A DNA stretch of 64,000 nucleotides from assembly GCA_965215605.1 (NCBI GenBank), contig OZ244070.1, forward strand, positions 2,688,001 through 2,752,000, read 5' to 3'. This DNA comes from an uncultured Candidatus Binatia bacterium. Lineage in GTDB: Bacteria > Desulfobacterota > Binatia > UBA9968 > JAJDTQ01. Both the position numbers and the translations under genes were made by a program. Below, one piece after another: positions 17,708 to 28,505 of the stretch. The notes below the pieces were generated by a model. It had not been told where the DNA came from and did not search any database. It saw only the letters and a list, made by a program, of their open reading frames with translations. Positions within the stretch are counted from its first letter, which is position 1. Each line of letters starts with the position of its first letter.

Positions 17708-20700
17708 CTTCTGCGTCCGCAATCCGGTTTCGGTGACCGTCGGCATCATCCTGGCGGTGCTGTTCGGGACCATTGCGATGTTCCGCCTGCCGGTCCAGAT
17801 GATTCCCACCGTGGACCGGCCCGAGATCACCGTGGAGACCGAGTACAGCGGCGCCGGGCCGCTGGAGGTAGAGCGCGAGGTGACGGACCGCCTGGAGGAG
17901 CGGCTCAACGCGGTGGAGCGGCTCAAGCAGGTCTCATCCAGTTCCATCGAGGGCCGGTCCCGCGTGGTCCTCAAGTTCGACTGGGGTACCAACAAGGACA
18001 TCGCCCGCCTGGGCGTCTCCGAGAAGCTCGACACGGTCCGGGATCTGCCGCCGGACGTGGGCGAGTCCCGCATCCGCGCGGTCAACACCGACGAGGAGAG
18101 TCCGATCTCGTGGATCATGGTGGACACGGAGCGCGATCTCAACGAGGTGTGGGAGGAACTGAAGGACGTCATCGTGCCGCAGATGGAACGGGTCCCCGGG
18201 GTCGGCGCGGTGTGGCGGTTCGGCGGCCGCGACCGCCAGGTGCACGTGACGCTGGATCCCAGCGCCATGGCGGCCCGCGGCATCACGGTGGCGGAGGTCC
18301 GGCAGGCCATCACCCGGGAGAACCTCAACGTCAAGGGCGGCGACCTGAGCGAGGGCAAGCGCCGGCACGTGGTGCGCACCCTCGGCCAGTTCCAGGAGCT
18401 CCATCACATCGCCGGCGTGGTCGTGCGGCATGACAGCCAGGGACCGGTCTACGTGCGCGACGTGGCCGCCGTCGCCTTCGGCCACGAGGACCGGGACTTC
18501 GCCGTGCGCATCGGCGGCAAGCCCGCCCTCGGCATGGGCGTGCTGCGCCGTTCCGGGGCCAACACCATGGAGGTCATGGAGGGCGTCCGCCAGACCCTGA
18601 GCCGGTTGCAGAAGCGCTACGGCGACAAGGGCATCCGCCTGGAGATGGTCTACGACGAGACCGACTACATCAAGGACTCCATCAGCCTGGTGACCCGCAA
18701 CATCTACATCGCCGTGGCCCTCGCGGTGCTGGTGCTGCTGCTTTTTCTGAGAAGCGCCGCCAGCATCGTCGTCGTGGGGGTGGCGATTCCCGTGTCCATC
18801 GTCACCACCTTCGTGGTCCTCAACGTCGTGGGCTCCACGCTCAACGTCATCATGCTGGCGGGCCTGGCCTTTGCCACCGGCATGGTGGTGGACAACGCCG
18901 TGGTGGTGCTGGAGAACGTCTTCCGGCACCGCGACATGGGCAAGGGGCGCGTGCGCGCCGCGCTGGACGGCGCCCGGGAGGTGGGCGGGGCCATCGTGGC
19001 CTCGTCACTCACCACGGTGGCCGTGTTCGTCCCCGTGCTGTTCATCCGGCAGGAAGCCGGGCAACTGTTCCGGGACATCGCCCTGGCCGTGTCCGTGGCG
19101 GTGGCCTTGTCTCTGGTGGTGGCCCTCACCGTGGTGCCCATGCTCTCCGCCCACATCCTTCCGGAACGGCCGCGCGCGCGGTTCCGGCGGCTGCGCGCGG
19201 TCATGTCCGTGCTGGACCGGGGCGGTTCCTGGTTCTCGCGGCTGGTCCTGGGGCTGCTGGGGTGGCTCCAGCGCGGCGCCCTCCGGCGGGTGGCGGTGGT
19301 GCTGTTCATCGTGGGCGGGTCGGTGGCGTCGGCATGGTGGTTCGCGCCGCCGCTGGACTATCTCCCGCGGGGAAACCGCAACTTTATCTTCGGCCTGGTG
19401 AAGATGCCTCCGGGTTTCAACACGGACCAGAAGGAAGCGATCATCAAGGAGATCGAGTCGCGTATCCGGGCCATCCCCGAGATCGAGCGCATGTTCGCCG
19501 TCATCCGGGTGGACAACCCCATCATGGGGGCCATCGTGAAGGAGCCCCACACCGACCTGGACGGCATGCGCCGGGTGGTATCGACCATGCGCCGCGCGGT
19601 CGGCGGCATCCCCGGCACCCAGGCGGTCTTCATTACCCAGGCGGCGCTCTTCCGCCAGCGCGGGGCCTTCTTCGGCGGCAACAACATCGCCCTCGACGTC
19701 AAGGGGGACGACCTGCAGGCCATCCGGCGCATCGCCCGCGGCCTCGAAGGGCGTATCCGCGGCGTGGAGGGGGTGAACTTCGTCAACTCGTCCTTCGAGT
19801 GGGGCAACCCGGAGATCCGCGTGGTGCTGGACCGGGATCGGGTCTCGGCCCTGGGGCTGCGCGCTTCCGACGTCGGCGACGTCATCGAGACCGCGGTGGA
19901 GGGCACCCGCGCCGGGCGTTTCCGCGAGCGCGGCAAGGAGCTCGACATCATCCTCAAGGGACCGCGCCGCGAGATGGCACACACCCAGGACCTGGGCGCG
20001 CTCATGCTCTCCGGCGGCTCAGGCCGGCTGGTGCAGCTCGCGGACATCGCGCGGATCCGGCCCGGCGACGGCCCCACCAAGGTGGAGCATGTCGACCTCG
20101 ACCGCGCCATCAAGCTGAACGCGAACATGCAGGACGCGCTGCCGCTGGAGGAAGCCGTGCGGATGGTGGAGGACAACGCGGTGGCCGAGGTGCGGCGCAC
20201 CCTGCCGCTGGGCTATTCCATCGAGGTCAGCGGCCAGGCGCAGAAACTGGCGGAAACCTGGGACGCCTTCAAATGGACGTTCCTGCTGGCCGTGGTGGTG
20301 GTGTACCTGGTCATGTGCTCGCTGTTCGAATCCTGGAGCTACCCGCTGATCATCATGTTCAGCGTGCCCCTGGCGGCCACCGGCGGCGTCCTTGCCGTGA
20401 GCCTGGGGCACGCCACCGAGCCCACCATCAAGATGGACACCGTCACCATGCTGGGGTTCATCATCCTCACCGGCATCGTGGTCAACAACGCCATCCTCAT
20501 CGTGCACCAGACCCTCAATTTCATCCGCGCGGGGGAGGAGCCCCAGGCGGCCCTGCTGGCCAGCGTGCGCACCCGCATCCGCCCAATCTTCATGACCACG
20601 GCCACCACCGTGTTCGGCATGCTGCCCCTGGTGTTGTCCCGCGGAGCCGGCTCCGAGCTCTACCGCGGCCTGGGCTCCGCCGTGCTGGGCGGACTGGCCG

Positions 20701-20813
20701 TATCGACGCTGTTCACCCTGGTGCTCACGCCGACGCTCTATTCCCTGTGGCTGGACGTGCTGGCGAAGGTCCGGCGCAGGCGGGCGCCCGAGGAAGCCCT
20801 TGCCAAGCTGTAG
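17694..20813 (+). CDS. RND efflux permease (AcrB/AcrD/AcrF family)
   Basis: GMVVDNAVVVLEN, GIVVNNAIL, RIRPIFMT. Confidence 0.93.
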   Translation: MGIVDFCVRNPVSVTVGIILAVLFGTIAMFRLPVQMIPTVDRPEITVETEYSGAGPLEVEREVTDRLEERLNAVERLKQVSSSSIEGRSRVVLKFDWGTNKDIARLGVSEKLDTVRDLPPDVGESRIRAVNTDEESPISWIMVDTERDLNEVWEELKDVIVPQMERVPGVGAVWRFGGRDRQVHVTLDPSAMAARGITVAEVRQAITRENLNVKGGDLSEGKRRHVVRTLGQFQELHHIAGVVVRHDSQGPVYVRDVAAVAFGHEDRDFAVRIGGKPALGMGVLRRSGANTMEVMEGVRQTLSRLQKRYGDKGIRLEMVYDETDYIKDSISLVTRNIYIAVALAVLVLLLFLRSAASIVVVGVAIPVSIVTTFVVLNVVGSTLNVIMLAGLAFATGMVVDNAVVVLENVFRHRDMGKGRVRAALDGAREVGGAIVASSLTTVAVFVPVLFIRQEAGQLFRDIALAVSVAVALSLVVALTVVPMLSAHILPERPRARFRRLRAVMSVLDRGGSWFSRLVLGLLGWLQRGALRRVAVVLFIVGGSVASAWWFAPPLDYLPRGNRNFIFGLVKMPPGFNTDQKEAIIKEIESRIRAIPEIERMFAVIRVDNPIMGAIVKEPHTDLDGMRRVVSTMRRAVGGIPGTQAVFITQAALFRQRGAFFGGNNIALDVKGDDLQAIRRIARGLEGRIRGVEGVNFVNSSFEWGNPEIRVVLDRDRVSALGLRASDVGDVIETAVEGTRAGRFRERGKELDIILKGPRREMAHTQDLGALMLSGGSGRLVQLADIARIRPGDGPTKVEHVDLDRAIKLNANMQDALPLEEAVRMVEDNAVAEVRRTLPLGYSIEVSGQAQKLAETWDAFKWTFLLAVVVVYLVMCSLFESWSYPLIIMFSVPLAATGGVLAVSLGHATEPTIKMDTVTMLGFIILTGIVVNNAILIVHQTLNFIRAGEEPQAALLASVRTRIRPIFMTTATTVFGMLPLVLSRGAGSELYRGLGSAVLGGLAVSTLFTLVLTPTLYSLWLDVLAKVRRRRAPEEALAKL

Positions 20814-20861
20814 CGGCTTCTGGCACGAAGATCACCAACGAACACGGAACAGGAGCGCATC

Positions 20862-22109
20862 GTGCCCAACGCTGAAATCGTTGCCATCGGATCGGAGTTG
20901 CTGCTGGGGCAGATCGTGGACACCAATTCCGCGTGGATGGCCCAGCGGCTGTCGGACCTCGGGGTCAACCTCTTCTTCAAGACCATCGTCGGCGACAATC
21001 CGGGACGCATGAAGGAAGTCATCGGCCGGGCGCTGGACCGGGCGGACTTCGTCATCACCAGCGGCGGGCTCGGCCCGACCCAGGACGATCTCACGCGGGA
21101 GATCATCGCCGAGGTGTGCGGCCGCAGGCTGGTGCGGGATCCGGCCCTGCTGGAGCAGATCGACACGCGCTTCCGCCGCCGCGGCATGATCATGACCCCC
21201 AACAACGAACGCCAGGCCGACATCCCCGAGGGCGCCATTCCGGTGGAGAATCCCAACGGCACCGCGCCGTCGTTCATCGTCGAGCACGAGAAGGGCGTCA
21301 TCTATGCGTTGCCGGGGGTGCCTCACGAGATGAAGTGGCTCTTCGAGAACGAGGTCACCCCGTACGCGCGGCGCAAGTTCGATCTCTCCGAGACCATCAC
21401 CTACCGGGTGCTCAAGGTCACCGATATGGGCGAGAGCTCGGTGGACCACGAGATCGGGGACCTCATCGCCAATTCCAGCAACCCCACGGTGGGGGTGCTT
21501 GCGCACCCCGGCCAGGTGGACGTGCGCATCACCGCCAAGGCGTCGAGCCGCGAGGAGGCCATGAAGCTCATCGCGCCGGTGGAGGCGCAGGTGCGGGAGC
21601 TCCTCACCAGCCACATCTTCGCGGTGGATGACGAGACCATGGAGGACGCGGTGGGCGCGCTCCTGCGGGAGAAGGATCGGAGCGTGGCGGTGTTCGAGGA
21701 CATGACCGCGGGGCTGGTGGCCGACCGCCTGCAGCGGGCCAGCAAGGAGCACTTCGTGGAAGGCATGGTGGCGCCGGGAGAGCGGGGGACGCGGCGGCTG
21801 CTGGCGCAGTCCCGGCGGCCCGAGCAGGCCGACGCCCTGCTCGACCAGCCCGGGCAACTCACCGAGGAGCTCGCCTGGACCATCCGGGAGCAGGCCGGCA
21901 GCGACTTCGGCCTGGCGCTGCACGCGGTGGAGGCGCCCGGCGACACCGCCGTCAATCTGGCCCGGGGCCAGACCTATATCTCGCTCACCGACGGCACGAC
22001 GTTCAACACCCGCACCTACAATCTCGGCGGCCGTGGTGGCCCCGACCGCACCCGTATGAGCCTCAACGCCATCTCGATGATCCGTACGGTGTTGCTGGAG
22101 GGGATGTAG
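20862..22109 (+). CDS. cinA: CinA family protein (MoCF-like domain plus degenerate PncC domain)
   Basis: GSELLLGQIVDTNS, GGLGPTQDDLT, LPGVPHEM. Confidence 0.85.
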   Translation: MPNAEIVAIGSELLLGQIVDTNSAWMAQRLSDLGVNLFFKTIVGDNPGRMKEVIGRALDRADFVITSGGLGPTQDDLTREIIAEVCGRRLVRDPALLEQIDTRFRRRGMIMTPNNERQADIPEGAIPVENPNGTAPSFIVEHEKGVIYALPGVPHEMKWLFENEVTPYARRKFDLSETITYRVLKVTDMGESSVDHEIGDLIANSSNPTVGVLAHPGQVDVRITAKASSREEAMKLIAPVEAQVRELLTSHIFAVDDETMEDAVGALLREKDRSVAVFEDMTAGLVADRLQRASKEHFVEGMVAPGERGTRRLLAQSRRPEQADALLDQPGQLTEELAWTIREQAGSDFGLALHAVEAPGDTAVNLARGQTYISLTDGTTFNTRTYNLGGRGGPDRTRMSLNAISMIRTVLLEGM

Positions 22110-22200
22110 AGACGGCTCCGCCAATCCGGCAACAAGCGGCGTTTCGGACACCTGGGTCATACAGCCGCTGTTTTACCCAGGTGCAGGAATCAGGACAAAA

Positions 22201-22590
22201 CTAGTCCTCCGCCCCGAGGCGCGCCCAGTCCCGGCGGTCCTTCTTGGTCGGCCGCCCGCCGTGGTCCCGGAAGGGGGCGGTTTGGGCCTGGAGCCGGGCG
22301 CGCGCGGCGTCCCGGTTGCGCGCGCTTTCCTCGGTTTCCTCGTAAAGCAGTACGGCCTCCTTGGCGGGGCCGCGTCTTGCCGACAGGGCCTTGACCGTGA
22401 CCACCCATTCATAGGGTCCGCAGCGGATCTGCAACCGATCGCCGACGCGGACCGGCCGGGCCGGCTTGGCGCGGTCGCCACGTACGTGGACCTTGCCGCC
22501 CTGGGCGGCTTCGGCCGCGAGCGAGCGCGTCTTGAAGAAGCGCGCGGCCCAGAGCCATTTGTCGAGGCGGACGCTTTCGAGGTCGGTCAT
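22201..22590 (-). CDS. hslR: Ribosome-associated heat shock protein Hsp15 (S4 domain)
   Basis: VRLDKWLWAARFFKTRSLA, GRPTKKDRR. Confidence 0.93.
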   Translation of the reverse strand: MTDLESVRLDKWLWAARFFKTRSLAAEAAQGGKVHVRGDRAKPARPVRVGDRLQIRCGPYEWVVTVKALSARRGPAKEAVLLYEETEESARNRDAARARLQAQTAPFRDHGGRPTKKDRRDWARLGAED

Positions 22591-22723
22591 GGCCCCGTTA
22601 TAACATGGTTTTGACGGTTCGAACCGGCTTGCTCCGCCAGTTGCGGTCCGCCCTTTTTCGTGGTTGGAACGATGCAGCAATCATCTGTCGACTCTGTCAT
22701 TCATCCATCCGCCGAGGTTTCCC

Positions 22724-23506
22724 ATGCCGTATGCCGATTCCGATGGTGTCCGCATCTACTACGAAGTCTCTGGAGAGGGGCTGCCCTTCGTATGGGTGCA
22801 CGCCAACCCGTTCGACCACAACCTACTCATGTACCAGGTGGCCCACTTCTCCACCTGGTTCAGGGTGATCTCGCTGGACATCCGGGGCTACGGCAGGTCC
22901 GACAAGCCGGAGACGCCGTTCTCGCTCGGGGACATGGCGGGGGACGTGCTGGCGGTGTGCCGGGCCGAGGGGGTGGGGGAGGCCGTCATCGGCGGCGTCA
23001 GCGTCGGCTCCGGCATCGCGTTGCTCCTGGGGCTGGACCATCCGGAGATGTTCCGGGGCGTGGTCCTGGTGGGCGGAAGCAGCGGCGGCGGCGGGCGCGT
23101 CGACGACCGCATCCGCGGCTACACCGATGACGTGACGACGTATCACGAGAAGCACATCAAGGAGTTGGTGGCGCCGGGCTTCGAGAGCACGCGGCTCGGC
23201 AAGTACCTGTTGAACCTCTTTCTGGAGCGCAACCCGTGGCTGTCGGGGAAGTCCATCGCGCAGATCTTCCGTGCCCGCGGCGGCACCGACATGACCCCGC
23301 GGCTCTCGGAGATGAAGGTGCCGACCTTGGTCATCAACGGCGAGCACGACATGTCCCTCGAAGGCGGCAGGAAGACCGCGGCCTTGACCCCGGGGGCGGT
23401 GCACAAGGTGCTGCCGGGAACAGGCCACGCCTGCTGCATCGAGGACCCGGCCGGGTTCGACGCCCTGGTCATGGAGTTCCTGCGGGACAATGGGTTGATG
23501 GAGTAG
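22724..23506 (+). CDS. Alpha/beta fold hydrolase
   Basis: DIRGYGRS, GVSVG nucleophile elbow, GEHD, GH. Confidence 0.88.
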   Translation: MPYADSDGVRIYYEVSGEGLPFVWVHANPFDHNLLMYQVAHFSTWFRVISLDIRGYGRSDKPETPFSLGDMAGDVLAVCRAEGVGEAVIGGVSVGSGIALLLGLDHPEMFRGVVLVGGSSGGGGRVDDRIRGYTDDVTTYHEKHIKELVAPGFESTRLGKYLLNLFLERNPWLSGKSIAQIFRARGGTDMTPRLSEMKVPTLVINGEHDMSLEGGRKTAALTPGAVHKVLPGTGHACCIEDPAGFDALVMEFLRDNGLME

Positions 23507-23542
23507 TCTTCCGTCCCGAACCGGAGGGGTGTTCTGGAAACC

Positions 23543-25096
23543 TTGCAGCCAGAAGACCGCGAACCCTACAGCCGGGCGAAGTTATGGGCCGATTCAAAGG
23601 CCGGTATGATCGGCTTTGCATCTGCCGTGCCGGTCACCATGGCCTTGGGTGTCGTGTCCGGCATGGGCCCGGTCGCGGGCGTTCATTGCTTCATCATCGT
23701 CGGTCTCGTGGCCGCCCTGTTCGGTGGCGCGAGGATGCTGGTCTGCGGTCCGAGCGTCGCCATCGCGGTCATTGTCGCCGCGATCCTGGGCGACAACGGC
23801 GGCGATCTGGGCCAGCTCGCCCTCATCGCGGTCCTCGCCGGCGTCATGCAGATACTGTTGGGGCTCTTCGGGATCGGACGCTTCGCCTCCTATTTGCCGC
23901 ATATCGTGATGGCCGGATTCCTGTCCGGCATAGGAGCGCGTATCCTGTGGACGCAGGCCGCCAGGATAATCCCGCTCGGCATCGACGACATCGCAATCGT
24001 CGGCGTTTCCCTCGCGGTGATGCTGCTCTGGCCGAGGAAGATCGAAAAGTACTTTCCCGGCCCGCTGGCCGGGGTCGGGTCCGGTATCCTCCTCTCCATG
24101 TTCCTCCCGGGCGCCGCGCTGCTCGGCGACTTGCCGACGGGACTGCCCGTGCCCGTCATCTCGATACCGTCCATCGGCTCCCTGGGCAGTGCGCTCCACT
24201 CGGCCATCCTGTTGGCCCTGATCAGTACCGCCTACACTCTCCTGCTTGCCATCACGGCCGATACCTTCACCGGCGGCCAGCATAACTCAAACCGGCAACT
24301 GGTCTCCCTCGGGATCGCCAACATCGCCGCGGGTTTCGCCGGCACGATGCCCGGGTCCGGCAATCTCGCGACGCTGACGATCATCCGATTCGGCGGCCGC
24401 ACGGTCATGGCCGGAGTCATCACGGCGCTTCTTTTGGCGGCCCTCCTGGCATTCTTCGGGCCGTATGTCTCATGGGTTCCCCTTGCCGCGGTCTCCGCCA
24501 TTATTCTCCGTGTCGGAATGAGCCTGATCGAATGGCGGTTCCTGCGCAGGATCTTCAAGATCCGGACCGACTTCGTCGCCGTCATGCTCATCACCATGGG
24601 GTTGGCGTGCTTTGTGGATCCGCTCATCGCCGTCATCTTCGGCGTGATCGCGGCCAATGCCATCAACACGGACCGCTTGGAGGGACTCGAGCTCGATAGC
24701 GTGATCTCGGTTCCTCTGCTCGACAGCGTCTTTTTCGGGACGGAGAATGAAGAGGACCCCTTCAGGGCGCGCGCCGGGCTGCTGGAGTTCCGCGGCGCCT
24801 TCACGGTCGCATCATCCAGGAAGCTGGTGCGCATGATCGGCGATGACATCAGGGAACACGAGTTGGCGATCTTCGACCTGTCGGGACTCAGGCATATGGA
24901 CGACAGCGCGGCGCACCTGATGGCCCTCCTCATCGACCGCGCGAGACAGTCCGGAACCGAGATCATATTCGTGGGAATCCAGCAGAAAATCCGCGAAGTC
25001 TTCTACGCCTTTGACGTGCTCCAGCACGTGCCCGCCGAGCGGATCGTCGACACCCGCGACGAAGCCCGGGAACTGGCGCGCCGGATTCTGGATTGA
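23543..25096 (+). CDS. SulP family anion transporter with STAS domain
   Basis: ALFGG...GP, VMAGFLSGIG, C-terminal FDLSGLRHMDDSAA; start uncertain. Confidence 0.87.
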   Translation: MQPEDREPYSRAKLWADSKAGMIGFASAVPVTMALGVVSGMGPVAGVHCFIIVGLVAALFGGARMLVCGPSVAIAVIVAAILGDNGGDLGQLALIAVLAGVMQILLGLFGIGRFASYLPHIVMAGFLSGIGARILWTQAARIIPLGIDDIAIVGVSLAVMLLWPRKIEKYFPGPLAGVGSGILLSMFLPGAALLGDLPTGLPVPVISIPSIGSLGSALHSAILLALISTAYTLLLAITADTFTGGQHNSNRQLVSLGIANIAAGFAGTMPGSGNLATLTIIRFGGRTVMAGVITALLLAALLAFFGPYVSWVPLAAVSAIILRVGMSLIEWRFLRRIFKIRTDFVAVMLITMGLACFVDPLIAVIFGVIAANAINTDRLEGLELDSVISVPLLDSVFFGTENEEDPFRARAGLLEFRGAFTVASSRKLVRMIGDDIREHELAIFDLSGLRHMDDSAAHLMALLIDRARQSGTEIIFVGIQQKIREVFYAFDVLQHVPAERIVDTRDEARELARRILD

Positions 25097-25143
25097 CCTT
25101 CGCAAGCGTTCGCAACAGGACGCTGGGGCCGTTCCGGCGCGGC

Positions 25144-27105
25144 TTACCGTCGTTTGTCCCAGCGCTTTCCGGCCGAAGCCACGCAGCGTTCCACGTCTTC
25201 AGCCAGCAGCAGTCGCTCGTCCCGGAGAGTGACGGCGGCGGTGCGAACCGCGTCGAGGTATGCTTCTCTGGACGGATAACGCGCCTGGATGGATAAACGC
25301 GGATCGCCTTGCGCGGCGCGCTCCTCTTCGGTCGCGGCGAAGGGCAGGGCGCTGCCCACGATCCCCGCCATGACCTCCGAGTCCTTGCGCAAATTCCAGC
25401 CCATGTAGGTGGCCAGGGGCGCGGTGACCTCCGGGACCCGGACGCCGGTGCTCTCGTTGCCGTCGGCGTCCACCGCCGGCACCAGCACCGGATACTCGCG
25501 GGTCCGGTCCTCCACCGGCGGTTCACGGGAGATGACGCCGTCCACGAAGTCCGGTCCACGGTCCACATGGTACAGCGCATGAGGGTGGGGGCAGGCGGCC
25601 CCCGGCACGGCCGGAAATTCCTTGCGGAATGCGCCGCCGTCGATGAGCTGACCGTCGGCCCGCGTCGGGATACGGCTTTCCGGCGGCGCCACGCCGTCGG
25701 CGACCCACTGGTCCAGGGCGGTCAGTAGCGCGCGGAGAACGGGATTGGCGGGCAGCGGGTTCAGCGGAAATCGCGGCACGCCGCCTTCCAACGCCGCGGC
25801 CGCGTCGTTGTGCTGCAGGGACGAGAGCAGGTAGACGCGGACGTTCTCGTGCTCCGGGAGGTCGTTGCCGCGGGGGTCGGTGTGCACCAGCGAGCCGCGC
25901 CGCTGCCAGTACTCGGTGGCGGTCTGGGTGTGGACCACGAGAGGGTCGGTCTCCGGCCGTTTCAGGATCGCGTCCCGCTCTCCGGTGAACGGGTCCTCGG
26001 CGGCGGCGTAGGCGAAGGGGAATTCCTCCGACGGGTAGAGGTGGTCCTCGTGCTGGCGGGGGTAGCGGTCGGGCTGCGCAAAGCGGTAGTTGAGCCGCAG
26101 CCGTCCGCCTCCGGCCACGTGGGAGAACACGCCGTCGAAGATGCGCCGGCCGCTTTCCGAGGCGTTGAAGCCTTCGTAGACGAACCCGCGCAGAAAGCGG
26201 CCGCTCTGGGAACGGCCCCAGGCATAGGCTTTCTCGACGCCCGGCGTCCCTTCCCGCAAAGGGTTGGCCTGTCCCGCGCCATCCTCGTCGGCATGGCGCA
26301 GGAAGTCGATGAGGTCCCGCACGCCGGCAAAGCCCAGCCCCAGCACCAGCGGGTCCTTCGCGGTGTAGATGAGCTCGTGGATCCAGCCGGGCCGGAAGCC
26401 CTCCGGAAGGTGGCAATGCGTGTCCGACGGCCTGACGTTGCCGGCCGCGTCCACGGCGGCGAATCGCCAGTCGCTTGCGGGGACGGGCTCGCGCGGGTCG
26501 GGGTCCAGCCGCCGGCGGGTGAGGGTGGCCGCCGCCGTGTCCGGGTCCACGGCCGGACAGGGGCGGATGTAGTCGTGTCCGCCCAGGGAAACCGTGGTGC
26601 CCCCGGGCTCCTCGATGATGAACTCCGCCCGGTAGGGCCCCGTGACCGGACCGTCCGGTCCGCCGGCCGCGGGCAACTCCATGGTCAGACGCCCTTCTCC
26701 CGGGAGCAGGTCGCCCTGCCATCCGCACCACACCACCGTGTATCCGCGCCTCATCAGGAAGCCGTGGCCTGCGTCCTCGGCGGTTCGCGGGTCGTTGCTG
26801 GGCGGTGCGTCGTTGAAGAACTGCAGCGCCCGCTTGTTGCCGCGGTTGTTGACGTCGTAGAGTAGGCGGCGGTTGCCCCGGCTCATGTCCACGGGCTTGA
26901 TGATGAAGAACTCCGTCGAGTGCTCCACCAGGCCGCGGCCGTCCGTGGGCGCCAGCGGCAGGTCCACGATGTGCCGGTTGGCGGGTTCGCGCGGATCGAT
27001 GGCGAAACGCACCCGTCCGTGGATCCGTTCGTAGGCGCCCACGGGGCCGAAGTCGGCTCCTTCGGCAAACGGCGCGCGTTCCTCGATGAAGAGTGTGATG
27101 TTCAT
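25144..27105 (-). CDS. Large alpha/beta hydrolase domain protein
   Basis: DVNNRGNK, GWQGD, GRSQSGRFLR, EYWQRRGSL, VDADGNE. Confidence 0.8.
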   Translation of the reverse strand: MNITLFIEERAPFAEGADFGPVGAYERIHGRVRFAIDPREPANRHIVDLPLAPTDGRGLVEHSTEFFIIKPVDMSRGNRRLLYDVNNRGNKRALQFFNDAPPSNDPRTAEDAGHGFLMRRGYTVVWCGWQGDLLPGEGRLTMELPAAGGPDGPVTGPYRAEFIIEEPGGTTVSLGGHDYIRPCPAVDPDTAAATLTRRRLDPDPREPVPASDWRFAAVDAAGNVRPSDTHCHLPEGFRPGWIHELIYTAKDPLVLGLGFAGVRDLIDFLRHADEDGAGQANPLREGTPGVEKAYAWGRSQSGRFLRGFVYEGFNASESGRRIFDGVFSHVAGGGRLRLNYRFAQPDRYPRQHEDHLYPSEEFPFAYAAAEDPFTGERDAILKRPETDPLVVHTQTATEYWQRRGSLVHTDPRGNDLPEHENVRVYLLSSLQHNDAAAALEGGVPRFPLNPLPANPVLRALLTALDQWVADGVAPPESRIPTRADGQLIDGGAFRKEFPAVPGAACPHPHALYHVDRGPDFVDGVISREPPVEDRTREYPVLVPAVDADGNESTGVRVPEVTAPLATYMGWNLRKDSEVMAGIVGSALPFAATEEERAAQGDPRLSIQARYPSREAYLDAVRTAAVTLRDERLLLAEDVERCVASAGKRWDKRR

Positions 27106-27185
27106 GGGCGTCCCTCGCGGCCTGCATGGGCCGACAGCGCGGCGCGAGCGTGGAAACCCCGGAGTCTCCGGTGACCGCTCCCGGA

Positions 27186-28505
27186 TCAGGCCTTCCAGTT
27201 GTCCTCGCCGCGATAGCTCTTCGCCAGTATCTGCAACGGGTTCAGCGGATGTTTGCCGGTGGCCTGCTCGATCTGGATGGCGGCCAAGGGACAGTCGGAG
27301 CAGGCGACCTCGGCCTCCGCGCCCTCGATGCCCCTGAACGCCTGCCGCCCCCAGCGCATGGAGGCCTCGAAGTTCTCCCGCTTCATGGCCCAGGTGCCGT
27401 CGTGTCCCGAGCAGGCCTGTATCAGGGTGACTTCGGTGTCGGGCAGGAGCGACAGCAGGGCGCTGGTCTTGTTGCCCAGCCGCTGGGCGCGCAGGTGGCA
27501 CGGCTGGTGGTAGGCGATCCTGCCCGGGCCGGTCTTGAAGTCCCGGTTGAGCTTGCCTTCGGCGTGAAGCGAAGCCAGGAACGCCGTGGGATCGGTGGTG
27601 TGCTCGGCCACGTCACGGGCCGCCTGGGTTCCCAGCATCCGCGGGTACTCGTCGCGCAGAGTCAGCGAACAGGTGGGGTTGGTGGCGACGATGGTCCGGC
27701 CCTCCTCGACGAACGGAAGCAGCAACCCGACGTTGCGTTGCGCCTGGGCCTTGGCCTTGTCCATGTCGCCGTTGTGCCACGACGGCATGCCGCAGCACTC
27801 CCGGTAGGCGAGGGCGACATCCACCCGGTTCCGGGCCATGACTTCCAGCGTGTCCATGCCGATGCCCGGCTCGTTGTAGTTGACGAAACAGGTGGCGAAG
27901 TAGGCAACCTTGGCCACCGGCTCGGCCTCGGGCCGGTGGCGCTCGGAGCGGAACCGCGAAGCGAAGGTCTTCCACGCGAAGGGCGGGAGCTTCTTGTCCT
28001 TGTGGATGCCCAGGGCCCCCTGCATGAACAGCCTGTGCACCCGGTTCTCGTTGCCCCAGTTGGCCATGGGCGCGGTGGCGGAGCCGAGCCTCCCCACCAG
28101 GTCGGGGCTCCCCAGCATCCGGTCCGTGAAGGAGACCCCGTGCTTCTTCACGTGCTGGGCCTTGGCGCGCGCCATGAGGCGGGGGAAGTCGATGGCCCAG
28201 TCGTGGTCCTCCGGCGTGTAGGGGCAGTTGATGTTGCAGAGCTTGCACTGGAAGCACAGGTCCACCACCTCGTCCACGTCGTCGGGCTTGAGCTTCGAGG
28301 AATCCACCTCCGCGAACTCCTCCTCGGTGCAGTACGAGTCGATGGCGTCGAAGAGCTTGGGAAAGCTGCCGCAGAACTTCACGCACAGACGGCACTCGGC
28401 GCACAGATGGAAGACTCGTTCGACCTCGGAGCGCAGGTCCTGCTCGTCCCAGAACCGGGAGTCCGTGAGATCGTACGCGGGCGTTGCATCGGGGACCTTC
28501 TTCAT
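27186..28505 (-). CDS. Fe-S oxidoreductase (GlpC/HdrD-like: ferredoxin plus CCG domains)
   Basis: CAECRLCVKFC, CFQCKLCNINCP, CCGMP, CSGHDGTW, SDCP; ATGA overlap with egtD stop. Confidence 0.87.
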   Translation of the reverse strand: MKKVPDATPAYDLTDSRFWDEQDLRSEVERVFHLCAECRLCVKFCGSFPKLFDAIDSYCTEEEFAEVDSSKLKPDDVDEVVDLCFQCKLCNINCPYTPEDHDWAIDFPRLMARAKAQHVKKHGVSFTDRMLGSPDLVGRLGSATAPMANWGNENRVHRLFMQGALGIHKDKKLPPFAWKTFASRFRSERHRPEAEPVAKVAYFATCFVNYNEPGIGMDTLEVMARNRVDVALAYRECCGMPSWHNGDMDKAKAQAQRNVGLLLPFVEEGRTIVATNPTCSLTLRDEYPRMLGTQAARDVAEHTTDPTAFLASLHAEGKLNRDFKTGPGRIAYHQPCHLRAQRLGNKTSALLSLLPDTEVTLIQACSGHDGTWAMKRENFEASMRWGRQAFRGIEGAEAEVACSDCPLAAIQIEQATGKHPLNPLQILAKSYRGEDNWKA

